Assembly (NCBI GenBank): GCA_048938385.1
Contig: JBHLMG010000009.1
Span: 31,076-95,075 of the forward strand
DNA from: Promethearchaeota archaeon
GTDB taxonomy: Archaea > Asgardarchaeota > Hermodarchaeia > Hermodarchaeales > Hermodarchaeaceae
Reading direction: 5' to 3'
DNA length: 64,000 nucleotides
Positions 9,901 through 20,000 of the stretch are shown here, piece by piece. The position numbers and the translations under genes were made by a program. How positions within the stretch are numbered: position 1 is the first letter of the stretch; each line of letters starts with the position of its first letter. The notes under the pieces are model-generated. The model was not told the DNA's origin. It saw only the letters and a list, made by a program, of their open reading frames with translations, and did not search any database.

Positions 9901-11070
9901 ATGTGGTATTTTCGTTCCCCACGACTCATAGTCTTTGGTGAAGGCGCCCTAGACCATCTTAAAGAACTCGAGGGAAATCGAGTTTTCATCGTCACAGACC
10001 AGACGATCGTGAAACTTGGTTTCTTAGATCAGGTAATTGAGAAACTCAAAGCCTCAGGTAAAGAAGTTGCATTCTATGATAAGGTCCCTCCTGAACCGCC
10101 TGATGAAATAGCGCAGGATTGTGCTCATGTCTTACGAAAATTCGATCCTGACATTATAATGGGAATCGGAGGTGGGTCGGTTTTGGATGTCGCCAAGGTG
10201 GCACGGATCCTGAATGAGCATCCTGACCACCCGATCATCGATATTACCCCTCTAACTCCTATCGCTGTTTCAAAAACTCAACTCATCACTATTCCCACAA
10301 CATCAGGCACTGGTTCTGATGCCACATGGGCGGCTGTTATTACTGATACCCAAGATGGGAATAAGATGGAACTTACTCACCCTGAATTAGTGCCCTTCAT
10401 ATCTATTTTAGATCCCGCTCTAACCAAGTCCATGCCTCCTAAGGTAACGGCTTCAACGGGTATGGATGCTATCGCCCAAGCAATCGATGGGTACACTGTT
10501 CAGTGGCGAAACGATTTCAGTGATGGCCTCGCCATTCATGCCACTCGTCTGCTCTTTAAGTATTTACCAAGAGCTTTTGAAAAACCGAATGATATGGAAG
10601 CCCGAGAGAAAGTTCAGAATGCTGCAACAATTAGTGGGCTAGCTTGGAGCAATTCATTTCTCGGAATAACTCACTCGTTTGGCCACGCAATGGGGGCTGT
10701 GTTCAAAATTCCGCATGGAATAACGGTGGGAATGGTGCTTCCGTACTCCATCGAATACGCAAAGAAAACCCATGCAGCCTTGTATGGCGAGTTATCCCGC
10801 GCCGTAGGGGTGGCTACGAAAGACGACGACAACGATACTGCAACAATGAAACTTCGGGACGCTGTCTTCAAGCTCATGGAAGGGCTACAAGTACCAACAA
10901 GCCTGAAGGAGTATGGGATATCTAAGGAGGAGTTTGAAAAGGCTTACGATGACCTTGTGCGTTTTACACAAGAGTCGGCAGTTAACATCTTCAATTGTCG
11001 TGAACCTACAAACGAAGATATCGAACGCTTCTGGCACTACATGTTTGAAGGGAAATCCATTGACTTCTAA
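9901..11070 (+). CDS. Iron-containing alcohol dehydrogenase
   Basis: GGGSVLDVAK, PTTSGTGSD, GMDA, HSFGH..HG; ATG 9901 chosen as start (MWYFRSP). Confidence 0.9.
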   Translation: MWYFRSPRLIVFGEGALDHLKELEGNRVFIVTDQTIVKLGFLDQVIEKLKASGKEVAFYDKVPPEPPDEIAQDCAHVLRKFDPDIIMGIGGGSVLDVAKVARILNEHPDHPIIDITPLTPIAVSKTQLITIPTTSGTGSDATWAAVITDTQDGNKMELTHPELVPFISILDPALTKSMPPKVTASTGMDAIAQAIDGYTVQWRNDFSDGLAIHATRLLFKYLPRAFEKPNDMEAREKVQNAATISGLAWSNSFLGITHSFGHAMGAVFKIPHGITVGMVLPYSIEYAKKTHAALYGELSRAVGVATKDDDNDTATMKLRDAVFKLMEGLQVPTSLKEYGISKEEFEKAYDDLVRFTQESAVNIFNCREPTNEDIERFWHYMFEGKSIDF

Positions 11071-11115
11071 CTAATTTTAATAATTCCGCGAATGCCTGAG
11101 GAGGTGCGATTACCC

Positions 11116-12957
11116 ATGATTGCAAAGAATGGAATGGGTTTTACTGGAAAGATATTGCATGTTAATCTCACAAATCGAACGATCACGAACATTCCTACAC
11201 CGATGGATCTAGCTAGACAATTTATTGGTGGTGGAGGATTAGCCGCAAGAATCCTGTACCCGTTACTCAAAATCGCTCCTGAACCCCTTGGACCCCATAA
11301 TCCTGTAATCATGATGGCCGGACCCTTCACTGGAACCACTGTTCCATGCTCTGGACGAATGGTCATTTGCGCCCGGTCTCCTCTCACAAACCTATGGGGC
11401 GAGTGTAATATCGGTGGTTATTTTGGTGCTACAATGCGACAGGCAGGTTATGATGGCCTCCTCATCGAAGGGCGAGCCAAAAAACCTAGTTATCTATCAA
11501 TTATCCACGGATCAGCTCAACTCCACGATGCACAGCATCTATGGACAAAGACCGTCCTTGACACGCAAGAAAGCCTTCGAGCCGACTTGAAGGAAAAACG
11601 ATTTTTCACCCTAAGCATCGGACCTGCTGGGGAACACCTCGTTAAATATGCTAACATCATGTCTGAAGGCGGACGTGCAGCCGGTCGGATGGGCTTAGGC
11701 GCCGTCCTCGGTAGTAAACACCTCAAATCTGTCGCAGTTGTTGGCAATCAACGCGTTCCTGTAGCGCAGCCAGACGCAATCATAGAGCTTGCGCGAACCG
11801 CAAATAAAGTGATGATAGAGGATTTCATGCCTGATTGTTACCGAATGATGGGAACCGCTACAGCTGTTGGACCTGCACAAGAAATTGGTGCAATGCCTAA
11901 CAAGTACTTCACTGAGGGTGAGTTCCCAACACACGATAACATCAGTGGCGCAACCCTGCTGGAAACTCGGCTTGTTGGTCGTGATGGTTGCCACCGTTGC
12001 CCAATTCAATGTGGACGTGTTATCGAAATCCCAGATGGTAAATACCAACTTCCCCGGGTGTCAGGACCTGAATACGAGACTCTAGGGGCTCTTGGTTCAA
12101 TGATTCTTGTTGATGACTTGGATGCGGTAATTTATGCGAGTCATTTGTGTGATAACTTGGGATTGGACACAATTAGCTGTGGCAACAGTATTGGCTTTGC
12201 ATACTACCTTGTGGACCAAGGGAAGCTATCCAAACAGGAAGTGGGTATGAATCTGGAATGGGGCGACCCTGAACCGATGATCCAACTCATTCCCCAAATT
12301 GCCCAACGGCAAGGCTTTGGTGCCATCCTTGCTGAAGGAACTCAGGCGATGGGCGTCCGCTACGCTGCAGAAGACATGGCCGTTCAGATCAAAGGTCTTG
12401 AGGTGTCATGCTGGGACCCCCGAGCGCTTTTTGGAATGGCAACAATTTATGCGACAAGCCCCAGAGGTGGTTGCCATCTTGATGGTGATATGTATATGGT
12501 CCTTCAAGGTCAAGTCATTCTTGAACTTGGGATTGATGCTGATGATCCCCAAACTGACGAAGGCATGGGTGAAATTGCAGCAAAATCGCAGAGTTGGCGA
12601 CAGGTGTCTAATGCCCTCATCATGTGCCAGTTTCCCACCTTTACCGTTGATGAAATCACGCAATTCTATAGCTATGTTACTGGTGAAAAAACAACACCTC
12701 AACAACTGCTGACCATCGGTGATCGCATCATCACCTTGAAACGATTAATTAACCTGCACCTAGGGTTCAAACCTGAAATGGATAACCTTCCCAAACTCCT
12801 TCTCAAACCGCTTGAATCTGGTGGAACCCGTGGGTTAGTTCCTAATATACAAAAACAGCTTGCAGACTATAATGCGTACAGGGATTGGGATCCACAAACG
12901 GGGCACCCCTCCGCCACTGCCCTTAAAAAGGTTGGACTCGCTGACTTGATTGAGTAA
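11116..12957 (+). CDS. aor: Aldehyde:ferredoxin oxidoreductase (tungstopterin AOR family)
   Basis: AAGRMGLGAVLGSK, CHRCPIQC, GPEYET, CDNLGLDTIS, RGGCH; GAGGAGGTG SD before ATG 11116. Confidence 0.9.
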   Translation: MIAKNGMGFTGKILHVNLTNRTITNIPTPMDLARQFIGGGGLAARILYPLLKIAPEPLGPHNPVIMMAGPFTGTTVPCSGRMVICARSPLTNLWGECNIGGYFGATMRQAGYDGLLIEGRAKKPSYLSIIHGSAQLHDAQHLWTKTVLDTQESLRADLKEKRFFTLSIGPAGEHLVKYANIMSEGGRAAGRMGLGAVLGSKHLKSVAVVGNQRVPVAQPDAIIELARTANKVMIEDFMPDCYRMMGTATAVGPAQEIGAMPNKYFTEGEFPTHDNISGATLLETRLVGRDGCHRCPIQCGRVIEIPDGKYQLPRVSGPEYETLGALGSMILVDDLDAVIYASHLCDNLGLDTISCGNSIGFAYYLVDQGKLSKQEVGMNLEWGDPEPMIQLIPQIAQRQGFGAILAEGTQAMGVRYAAEDMAVQIKGLEVSCWDPRALFGMATIYATSPRGGCHLDGDMYMVLQGQVILELGIDADDPQTDEGMGEIAAKSQSWRQVSNALIMCQFPTFTVDEITQFYSYVTGEKTTPQQLLTIGDRIITLKRLINLHLGFKPEMDNLPKLLLKPLESGGTRGLVPNIQKQLADYNAYRDWDPQTGHPSATALKKVGLADLIE

Positions 12958-12975
12958 TTGTTACTGTAAACTGAG

Positions 12976-13905
12976 TTGGATGGGATTATGGAGACACTAC
13001 GAAAACAAAACAAAGAGCTATTCACCCTATTAGACCAAGTGGCAACTTCTCAGCACACAAAGCTGCTCTCATTGCTTATTGAACAACTCAAACCCTTTGC
13101 CGAAAAAGATCCACAACTCCTTCTCATGCCCAATGCCTATGAACGAGTAAAAACCTATGCTGAAACAGCTGTAGATTTAGAAATGCGCGGGAAAACATCC
13201 GCGCCCATCGATTTTGGTGGATATACCCTCGTAGTTACTCTCTCAACAAAACAACCCTTCGACACCTTATATCTTACGCGCCCCTTTTCGAACAAACTTA
13301 AAATCACAGCTTTTACTACACAACCTCCAATCTTTCCATTCGCTGTGTGGCTTACTCTCAACCCTACACACCCTGGCATCACAACAGAGGGATTTAACCC
13401 AGAAGGAGCCTTCACCATCTCTCGGGGACCAGCTCCCACTCTTCCAGCGAACCTCAATAATCCCAACGATCTAATTACCGCAGGTGTACTGCTACGCGAA
13501 TCCCTTGAAACCCGAACACTTGACCCCCAAGCCCAAGCCACTCTCTATCAAATAATTCCTTTTCCTATCGAACGTGAAGTAGGCAAGCGTTTCTTTCCGC
13601 CCCTTCAGGTTATACGAAGTGGTGTAGACGATATCCTGCGCCCCGAAAGTTACCTTCTCCGCTTACCCATTGTACCACTCCTAATTACTCGGTCTGCGGA
13701 GCTAAATTGTACTATGATTCAGCTCGAAACTGTCCCCGCGTGGCCCACTAACTGGCAACCGGAGAAGGCTTTTACTAGCGAAACGCAACGGTATGTCACA
13801 ATTGGAGAGGGAATTAACTATGATGTCTTCACGCTTCTTACCCTGATGCGTGATTTAGCAGAAATTACAACAGCCGCAGAAGATATCTACTGGCCTATCG
13901 GTTAA
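12976..13905 (+). CDS. Hypothetical protein
   Basis: 309-aa ORF directly downstream of aor; no recognised motif. Confidence 0.65.
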   Translation: MDGIMETLRKQNKELFTLLDQVATSQHTKLLSLLIEQLKPFAEKDPQLLLMPNAYERVKTYAETAVDLEMRGKTSAPIDFGGYTLVVTLSTKQPFDTLYLTRPFSNKLKITAFTTQPPIFPFAVWLTLNPTHPGITTEGFNPEGAFTISRGPAPTLPANLNNPNDLITAGVLLRESLETRTLDPQAQATLYQIIPFPIEREVGKRFFPPLQVIRSGVDDILRPESYLLRLPIVPLLITRSAELNCTMIQLETVPAWPTNWQPEKAFTSETQRYVTIGEGINYDVFTLLTLMRDLAEITTAAEDIYWPIG

Positions 13906-13984
13906 TTAACTCCTTCACTCAAGTACCAAAAGGTTTATGCCAGTCTGGTTCCTGCGACGGACTAGATACGCTAGGTGAATCATT

Positions 13985-14371
13985 GTGGTGTTTTGCCCTC
14001 TGGCAGGCGGCCCCTGTCAAGGTCGCTCGAACTGTCGATTGTGGGTTCGTGGACGCATCCTCAATACCGATTCAAAACTCCTCGCTGCCCAACTTGCCCG
14101 TTTTCTTGTGCAAGAAAAAACAATACTTGCACAATCCAATCCCAAAAACTCAGAATTCACCCACGCTTTTTGGCAATCGCAGGGCCTTGCAGATATTCAT
14201 CGGGAAGTGATCATTGATCGATATTTGGCAGAGAAGGTTCGCGAAGTTGAAGACTTAGCTAATCGATGGGCAAAAAGCCCAGGGTTTCTCAAAACTTTGG
14301 TTGCTAATAAAACAAAAAGCACTAAGGAATCGCCTGGGCTCCGTAAACAACGCTGCAAGTCCCCTCCATAG
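13985..14371 (+). CDS. Hypothetical protein with N-terminal Cys motif
   Basis: CPLAGGPCQGRSNCRLW; AGGTGA SD upstream; 3' end overlaps the convergent hypD. Confidence 0.55.
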   Translation: MVFCPLAGGPCQGRSNCRLWVRGRILNTDSKLLAAQLARFLVQEKTILAQSNPKNSEFTHAFWQSQGLADIHREVIIDRYLAEKVREVEDLANRWAKSPGFLKTLVANKTKSTKESPGLRKQRCKSPP

Positions 14372-15443
14372 ACACCATACAAGGACCAATTGGGTTGTCT
14401 GGTGTACACTTCGATCCAAACAGTGGACACTCTGTGGGGCGAAGGATACCCCGAAGGACCTCACCACACTTGCATCCTGGGGGCATTTCATATTTTTGGG
14501 ATTCTACATTGATATCAAAGCGTTTGCGTGCATCAAAGTCTTTGTATTTCGGACGAAGGGCTAAACCGGACTTAGGAATGAGTCCAATTCCACGCCATCT
14601 AGCATCCACCGGTTCAAAGACTTGGTTAATCATTTTTCGTGCACGCACATTTCCCTCATAGGTCACTGCCCGTGTATACTCGTTTTCTACTTCACCTCGT
14701 CCCTCTACTGATTGCCTCAAGAGCATCACTAACCCCAGCATCACATCCAATGGCTCAAACCCTGCCACAACCTGAGGGACCTTCCACCGTTTAGAAATCG
14801 GTACATATGCCTGCACTCCAATGATCACACTAACATGCCCGGGAAGTAAGAAACCATCAATTCCCACTTCGCCCTGCTCGAGTAGAAAAATTTCTGCCGG
14901 TGGAATGAGTCGATGGCTAACGAGCACTGAGAAATTCTTAGGTGGATCGCCAAGGATTTCAGCAGCAGTCGGAGGTGTCGTTGTTTCAAAACCAATAGCA
15001 AAATGTACCACTTCTTTATCGCGGTTCTCCCGAGCAGTGATGATAGCATCCATCATGCTATACACCACTTGTACATTTGCGCCCTTACTTCGTGCTGCGT
15101 TTAGAGAACCCAAATCACCTGCAGGAACTCGCATCATATCACCAAAGGTAGTTAACAAAGCATTGGGTTGATTGGCAATCTCAATGGCAAAGGCTACATC
15201 TTCGGGAGGGCAAATACAGACAGGACATCCAGGACCCGCGAGCAACTCAACATTCGTAGGTAATAGATCGCGTAGCCCAGCATGAGTAATAGTGTATTCA
15301 TGTGTACCACAAAGATGCATCCACTTGTAATTGCGGTCACCTGCTAATTCTCGAATTCTTTGCGCGGCTTGCTGGGCAAGCTTTGGGTCCCGAAACCCCT
15401 TTTGCACTTCGAGGGGATCCATATTTGCAAAACTTCCTGTCAT
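14322..15443 (-). CDS. hypD: Hydrogenase maturation protein HypD
   Basis: CGTHE, GPGCPVC, GFETT, PGHVS, GFEP, C-terminal FeS cysteines and PIGPCMVSMEGTC; GAGGTG SD before ATG 15443. Confidence 0.95.
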   Translation of the reverse strand: MTGSFANMDPLEVQKGFRDPKLAQQAAQRIRELAGDRNYKWMHLCGTHEYTITHAGLRDLLPTNVELLAGPGCPVCICPPEDVAFAIEIANQPNALLTTFGDMMRVPAGDLGSLNAARSKGANVQVVYSMMDAIITARENRDKEVVHFAIGFETTTPPTAAEILGDPPKNFSVLVSHRLIPPAEIFLLEQGEVGIDGFLLPGHVSVIIGVQAYVPISKRWKVPQVVAGFEPLDVMLGLVMLLRQSVEGRGEVENEYTRAVTYEGNVRARKMINQVFEPVDARWRGIGLIPKSGLALRPKYKDFDARKRFDINVESQKYEMPPGCKCGEVLRGILRPTECPLFGSKCTPDNPIGPCMVSMEGTCSVVYGAQAIP

Positions 15444-15597
15444 CCTTGGCACCTCGTAACTAACTTCAACACAGGTCCCATACTTCCTGTCGTATGGGAT
15501 ACCTAATACTTCTTTCGCAGTTCCATCTTTTCTCTACATTTGTCTTTCCCGAACAGCTAAAAACTCTAATCAATTCAGAGCTGTCCGAGGGTCTAAA

Positions 15598-16050
15598 ATG
15601 AGTGATGAAACTGTTGAACGCCATGAGTTTCATGTAGGAATCACCTGGACAGGGGGCAAGGAAGGCATTATAACCCTTTCAGGAAAACCTCCGCTACCTC
15701 TAACATCGCCGGTTTATTGGGAAGGAAAACCTGACGCTTATTCTCCCCATGACCTATTCATATCTGCAGTATCAGGCTGTTATATCACAACCTTCGCCAG
15801 TATGATGCAGCGAATGAAACAGCCACTACAAACTCATGAAGTCTCAGGTCATGGAACGCTTCAAAAGCATCCAAAAGGAGGATGGCTGTTCACAGATATC
15901 TACATCACAATGGAGATCACCATACCCAAGGATGCAACACTGTCACAAGTGGAACGCGCTGTCGAGCTAACAAAGAAGTATTGTCATATTTCTCGCTCCA
16001 TTGCCAGCAAGGTTCATGTCAAGGCAACTATCCATCAGCTGGACGAGTAA
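15598..16050 (+). CDS. OsmC/Ohr-family protein
   Basis: SPHDLFISAVSGCY and KKYCHISRSI, the two conserved Cys. Confidence 0.85.
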   Translation: MSDETVERHEFHVGITWTGGKEGIITLSGKPPLPLTSPVYWEGKPDAYSPHDLFISAVSGCYITTFASMMQRMKQPLQTHEVSGHGTLQKHPKGGWLFTDIYITMEITIPKDATLSQVERAVELTKKYCHISRSIASKVHVKATIHQLDE

Positions 16051-16134
16051 GTCAACACAGACGGTCCACAGTCCAATTAGGATGGCAAGTTTAAGTAGGC
16101 AGACACCCTTTTTTCCTGTAAATTCGTCATCCTA

Positions 16135-17181
16135 ATGGTGATTCAGTTGAATAAGGAAAAGCTTGGATTCGAACACTTGGAAGCCAATGTGATCGAAGCC
16201 AACAAATGTTGTAGCTGTGGAGGGTGTGAAGCTGCCTGTCCCATCGATGCAATTGAACTACAAGCCCTCCGTCCAACACTTGTCAAGGATTGTACTAAAT
16301 GTGAGTTTTGTTGGAAATCCTGTCCTCGAATGATACATGATTATTCACCTCTTTACACACAAGTCTTTGGGGAAGATACCCACCGTGATCCCGTATTGGG
16401 CGTATACCGTCAAGCCTATGCCTTGCGCAATGTCGATGAATCGATACGAAAACGAGCTCAGGATGGTGGAGTTGTGACGGCAATTCTCCTCCATCTACTC
16501 AAAACTGGTGGTATCGAAGGAGCGGTTATCTCGGGCATTGATCCCGATAATCCCTGGAGACCCAAACCGATGGTCGCAACGACTCAGGAGGCAATCGTTT
16601 CTGCTACCAAGTCTCGATATACTCGCTCACCAAACCTTATTGCCTTAAAGGAAGCGTTGAAGGAACGGAAGCTTAGCCAGATAGCCGTTGTTGGAACCCC
16701 TTGCCATATCCAAGCCATTCAACGAATGCGCCTTGCACCTTTGAAAAAAATCGATCGTTCTGTTGTGATGACGATCGGGCTCTTTTGTAGTGAGACCTTC
16801 AAGTTCAAAGAACTCATGGAAGACAAGATAGCAAACGAACTCGGTGTTCCTTTAGCTAATCTGCGTAAGCTCGATATTAAGGGAAAGCTACTCATCTATC
16901 CCCAAGGTGCCAAAGATGCTTTACAGATTCCTTTAAGCGAAGCTCAAGAATGGATTGATCCTGGTTGCCATGGTTGCAAGGATTTCGCCTCTGACTTCGC
17001 TGATATATCTGTAGGTGGTGCCGGTACTCCAAGAAAATGGTCTTCTGTTCTAGTACGAACCGAACGAGGTCAAGCAGTCATTGATGGAATGATTGAGGCA
17101 GGGTTGTTCCTGCACGAAGCACTAACGAATGAAGGGCTTAACCAGTTACGCAAGATTGCTGCATCCAAAATCAGAAAATAA
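16135..17181 (+). CDS. F420-binding FrhB/FpoF-family subunit with N-terminal 2x[4Fe-4S] domain
   Basis: CCSCGGCEAACP..CTKCEFCWKSCP, QDGGVVT, VGTPC, IGLFC, GCHGCKDF..ADISVG. Confidence 0.88.
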   Translation: MVIQLNKEKLGFEHLEANVIEANKCCSCGGCEAACPIDAIELQALRPTLVKDCTKCEFCWKSCPRMIHDYSPLYTQVFGEDTHRDPVLGVYRQAYALRNVDESIRKRAQDGGVVTAILLHLLKTGGIEGAVISGIDPDNPWRPKPMVATTQEAIVSATKSRYTRSPNLIALKEALKERKLSQIAVVGTPCHIQAIQRMRLAPLKKIDRSVVMTIGLFCSETFKFKELMEDKIANELGVPLANLRKLDIKGKLLIYPQGAKDALQIPLSEAQEWIDPGCHGCKDFASDFADISVGGAGTPRKWSSVLVRTERGQAVIDGMIEAGLFLHEALTNEGLNQLRKIAASKIRK

Positions 17182-17298
17182 CCCTTCTAAAGGCGATTAA
17201 ATTGACAGCACCTTCGAAAGTAAACACTTTTGTCAGTAGAATACGCCAGAACTTGTTACATCCAACTTTCACTGTAATAATCTGATGGTGGTTATGAC

Positions 17299-18138
17299 AT
17301 GAGTGCAACTCCCTTTCTCCTCGGCGTATTAAAACTTGGTAACATTGGAACCTCGCCGTTATTGGAACTGTTATTCGATGAACGCGCTGAACGCGAAAAC
17401 TTCAATGCTGTTGTAATTGGTTCGGGTGCTAAAATGAATGAAGAAGTCGCAGAAGACAGAGCCAAACTTCTAATCGAACAAAAACCTCATCTCGTACTGA
17501 TTCCAAGCCCTAACGCGGCATTGAAGGGCCCGACCAAAGCCAGAGAATTGGTTAAGGAAGCTGGCATACCCGTTATCCTACTATCTGATCTTCTACCCAA
17601 GGACCAACGAGAAACACTCGCAGAAGAAGGCTATGGCTATATACTCATCCCTGCAGATTCCATGATCGGAGCACGGCGTGAGTTTTTAGACCCTTCCGAA
17701 ATGGCGATCTTCAATGCGCATGTTATTCAGGTCTTAGCTTCTACCGGAGCGTTACGAGCGGCCCAACTCGCACTCGATGAGGTCATTGCCAACATAACCG
17801 CTGGACAATCAGCCCCTCTTCCTACGCTAGTTGTAAACGCTTCTCGTGCAGTAGCGGCAGGGAATTTCTCGAATCCGTATGCACGGGTAAAAGCGATGGC
17901 AGCATACGAAATGGCTGCTGCTGTTGCTGAGATTTCAGTTAAGGGCTGTTTTAGACAGAAGGAACGCGAAGAATACATTCCTACAGTGGCTAGTGCCCAC
18001 GAAATGATGCGAAGTGCTGCCTTACTCGCAGATGAGGCACGCGAACTCGAAAAATCCGGAGACACTCTTTACCGGACGCCCCACTTTGATAACGGCACAG
18101 TAGGATCCAAAACTAAACTGGGTGAAAAACCTGCCTAA
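17299..18138 (+). CDS. mtd: F420-dependent methylene-H4MPT dehydrogenase
   Basis: KLGNIGTS, DERAERE, GSGAKM, SPN, DSMIGARREFLDPSEMA signature. Confidence 0.95.
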   Translation: MSATPFLLGVLKLGNIGTSPLLELLFDERAERENFNAVVIGSGAKMNEEVAEDRAKLLIEQKPHLVLIPSPNAALKGPTKARELVKEAGIPVILLSDLLPKDQRETLAEEGYGYILIPADSMIGARREFLDPSEMAIFNAHVIQVLASTGALRAAQLALDEVIANITAGQSAPLPTLVVNASRAVAAGNFSNPYARVKAMAAYEMAAAVAEISVKGCFRQKEREEYIPTVASAHEMMRSAALLADEARELEKSGDTLYRTPHFDNGTVGSKTKLGEKPA

Positions 18139-18232
18139 TTGAAGTAAAGGAATACTGCCCTTTACTTTGTCAACGAAGGTGCTACCACTCCCTCACTGCG
18201 AATTCTAAGTATAGTCAGAACAAGGTGTTTCC

Positions 18233-18730
18233 CTACTCTTCCTTCTTATCAAGACGAGGAGATTCCCAGTCCTTTCGGAGTGGATAGACATCCTTTGGCC
18301 AATCTTCAGGCAGAATCAACCGCTTTAGGTTTGGATGATCCTTAAACTTCACGCCTAGTAAGTCATGAACCTCGCGTTCGTAGAGAGTTGCACCTGGAAT
18401 TAGAGGTGTGATTGAATCCACATCAGGATGCGATGTCGGAACTTGAATGTGAAGGCTCACCGAAACCGCTTTGACTTCGAAATGGTAAATTACGGCGAGT
18501 TCACCGCGTAGGTCCATCCCAGTAATGCTTGAAAGGTGAGTCAACCCCCATTCCTGTTTCATCCAATCCACGGCCTTACGAACCGCTTCGGCTTTGACGG
18601 TAACATAGATGCTGTGTTCGCGTAGAAATTCTGCAGAGATGAAATCACTACCCAGGGCTTTTTCGATTTCAGTCATCATTTTTGCTTCTTTCGGGGTCGG
18701 TTTCCTTGCAGGTTTTTCTTCACTTGCCAT
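18233..18730 (-). CDS. Complex I/hydrogenase-4 subunit C (NuoC-like)
   Basis: HLSSITGMD, YEREVHDLLGVKF..HPNLKRLILPEDW..YPLRKD. Confidence 0.9.
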   Translation of the reverse strand: MASEEKPARKPTPKEAKMMTEIEKALGSDFISAEFLREHSIYVTVKAEAVRKAVDWMKQEWGLTHLSSITGMDLRGELAVIYHFEVKAVSVSLHIQVPTSHPDVDSITPLIPGATLYEREVHDLLGVKFKDHPNLKRLILPEDWPKDVYPLRKDWESPRLDKKEE

Positions 18731-18752
18731 TTTCTTTCACTCCATTCACTCA

Positions 18753-19187
18753 CTATCCACCCTTGAGCTTTCCAAGGAGTGCTGCTACACCGTAAATAAT
18801 GGCTTCAGGTTTTGGAGGACATCCCGGAATCCAAGCGTCCACTGGAATTACACCATCCAGTCCACCTGTCACATTATAGCATTGTCGGAACACGCCACCA
18901 GACATGGTACAGGCGCCGATGCCCACCACAAATTTCGGTTCAGGCGTTTGATTGTAAATCCGTAAAAACCGTTCAGCAACCTGTTTGGTAATTGGTCCGC
19001 TACAAAGTAAGACATCTGCGTGACGCGGGCTACCTTTTAAGAGGACACCAAATCTTTCAAGGTCATATCGTGGAGTTAACGCATCAAGGATCTCAATGTC
19101 GCAGCCATTGCATCCACCTGAGTTTAGATGGAGTACCCATGGTGACTTGATGCGTGCCCAAGTAACAAGTTTTGATAAGACACCCAT
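18753..19187 (-). CDS. NuoB-family FeS subunit, group-4 [NiFe]-hydrogenase small-subunit type
   Basis: GGCNGCDIE (CxxC, not the tandem CC of true NuoB), SPRHAD, GAC, IPGCPP; GGAGG SD before ATG 19187. Confidence 0.9.
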   Translation of the reverse strand: MGVLSKLVTWARIKSPWVLHLNSGGCNGCDIEILDALTPRYDLERFGVLLKGSPRHADVLLCSGPITKQVAERFLRIYNQTPEPKFVVGIGACTMSGGVFRQCYNVTGGLDGVIPVDAWIPGCPPKPEAIIYGVAALLGKLKGG

Positions 19188-19331
19188 TATGATAGCCTCC
19201 AATCTGGGCGTTGCTAACCTAAACCTATGCCTCGTCTTAAAACCCTTTGGGTGTTTTGGAATGCTAAATCGAAATCCTTTGAATGTATTGCTCAAGTATT
19301 AGTACGAAAGATGCCTTCGGGGCTGGCATGT

Positions 19332-19664
19332 TTATTTCCGAAGGATTAGGATTGCAATGAATGCGACAAGAAGATAGATGATGGGAACCCATCCAAGGAC
19401 GCCCATTGATGTGGCGAGGATGAACGCGATGATGTCAAAGATTGTAAAGTACACAGCATAGCGGAGAAGCTGTGTGTGGAATTGTGCCTTTATAGCGGGT
19501 AAGTCTTCTCCACAAGCGTAAGTTGTGGTCTTTTCTTTGGTGGGGTTGCTTGGGGCAAGTCTTCGTCCAATCCAGTAAAGTAACAGGACAATTATGAGCA
19601 TTATACCAAAGGCTAACAAGAAGTTGAGGAAATTTGAAAAGGTGTTAGACCAGGCAAATTGCAA
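19332..19664 (-). CDS. NuoA-like membrane subunit
   Basis: Three TM helices, KTTTYACGE loop, YAVYFTIFD. Confidence 0.85.
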   Translation of the reverse strand: MQFAWSNTFSNFLNFLLAFGIMLIIVLLLYWIGRRLAPSNPTKEKTTTYACGEDLPAIKAQFHTQLLRYAVYFTIFDIIAFILATSMGVLGWVPIIYLLVAFIAILILRK

Positions 19665-19832
19665 TCTCCGTCACCACGATAATGGCTTGTTAGAAGTCAA
19701 AGGGTTCTAGATTGTATAAAAGGCTTGCTCCCACTGGAAATTTCTGTTAAAGATAAAACTGAAGGTCTTCTCAATAAATGGGTTAAGGTCGGGTAAAGGG
19801 GGCTTCTGCTGCAAGTATTTTGTAATATCGTG

Positions 19833-20000
19833 CTAATCGGAAATTTCGATGCGGATTTTCTCAGAGCCTTTCAGTTTTGGTGCGCGGAGCGTGGAGACTA
19901 TGGCAAAGACCACTTTTTGAATAAGTGTATCAGTGTATTCGTTTAATCCAATCTCTCGGTCGAAAACGACCAGAGTTGTCTTCTTCTCATCTGGAGTCAT
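19833..20000 (-). CDS. Small protein resembling the C-terminal extension of archaeal MobB
   Basis: Manual translation: MTPDEKKTTLVVFDREIGLNEYTDTLIQKVVFAIVSTLRAPKLKGSEKIRIEISD (55 aa); ATGA overlap with the mobB stop. Confidence 0.65.
   Translation of the reverse strand: MTPDEKKTTLVVFDREIGLNEYTDTLIQKVVFAIVSTLRAPKLKGSEKIRIEISD

Noticed and set aside
17299-18138. mtd as evidence of methanogenesis
   Set aside because: No mcr or mtr genes in the window, and Mtd is common in non-methanogenic H4MPT/Wood-Ljungdahl archaea
18753-19295. Longer ORF-track starts for this NuoB-like gene (likewise ADH 9844, NuoJ 20663, TFB 58747 and 60005)
   Set aside because: The extensions lack family-like sequence, and downstream starts have better SD motifs or typical N-termini
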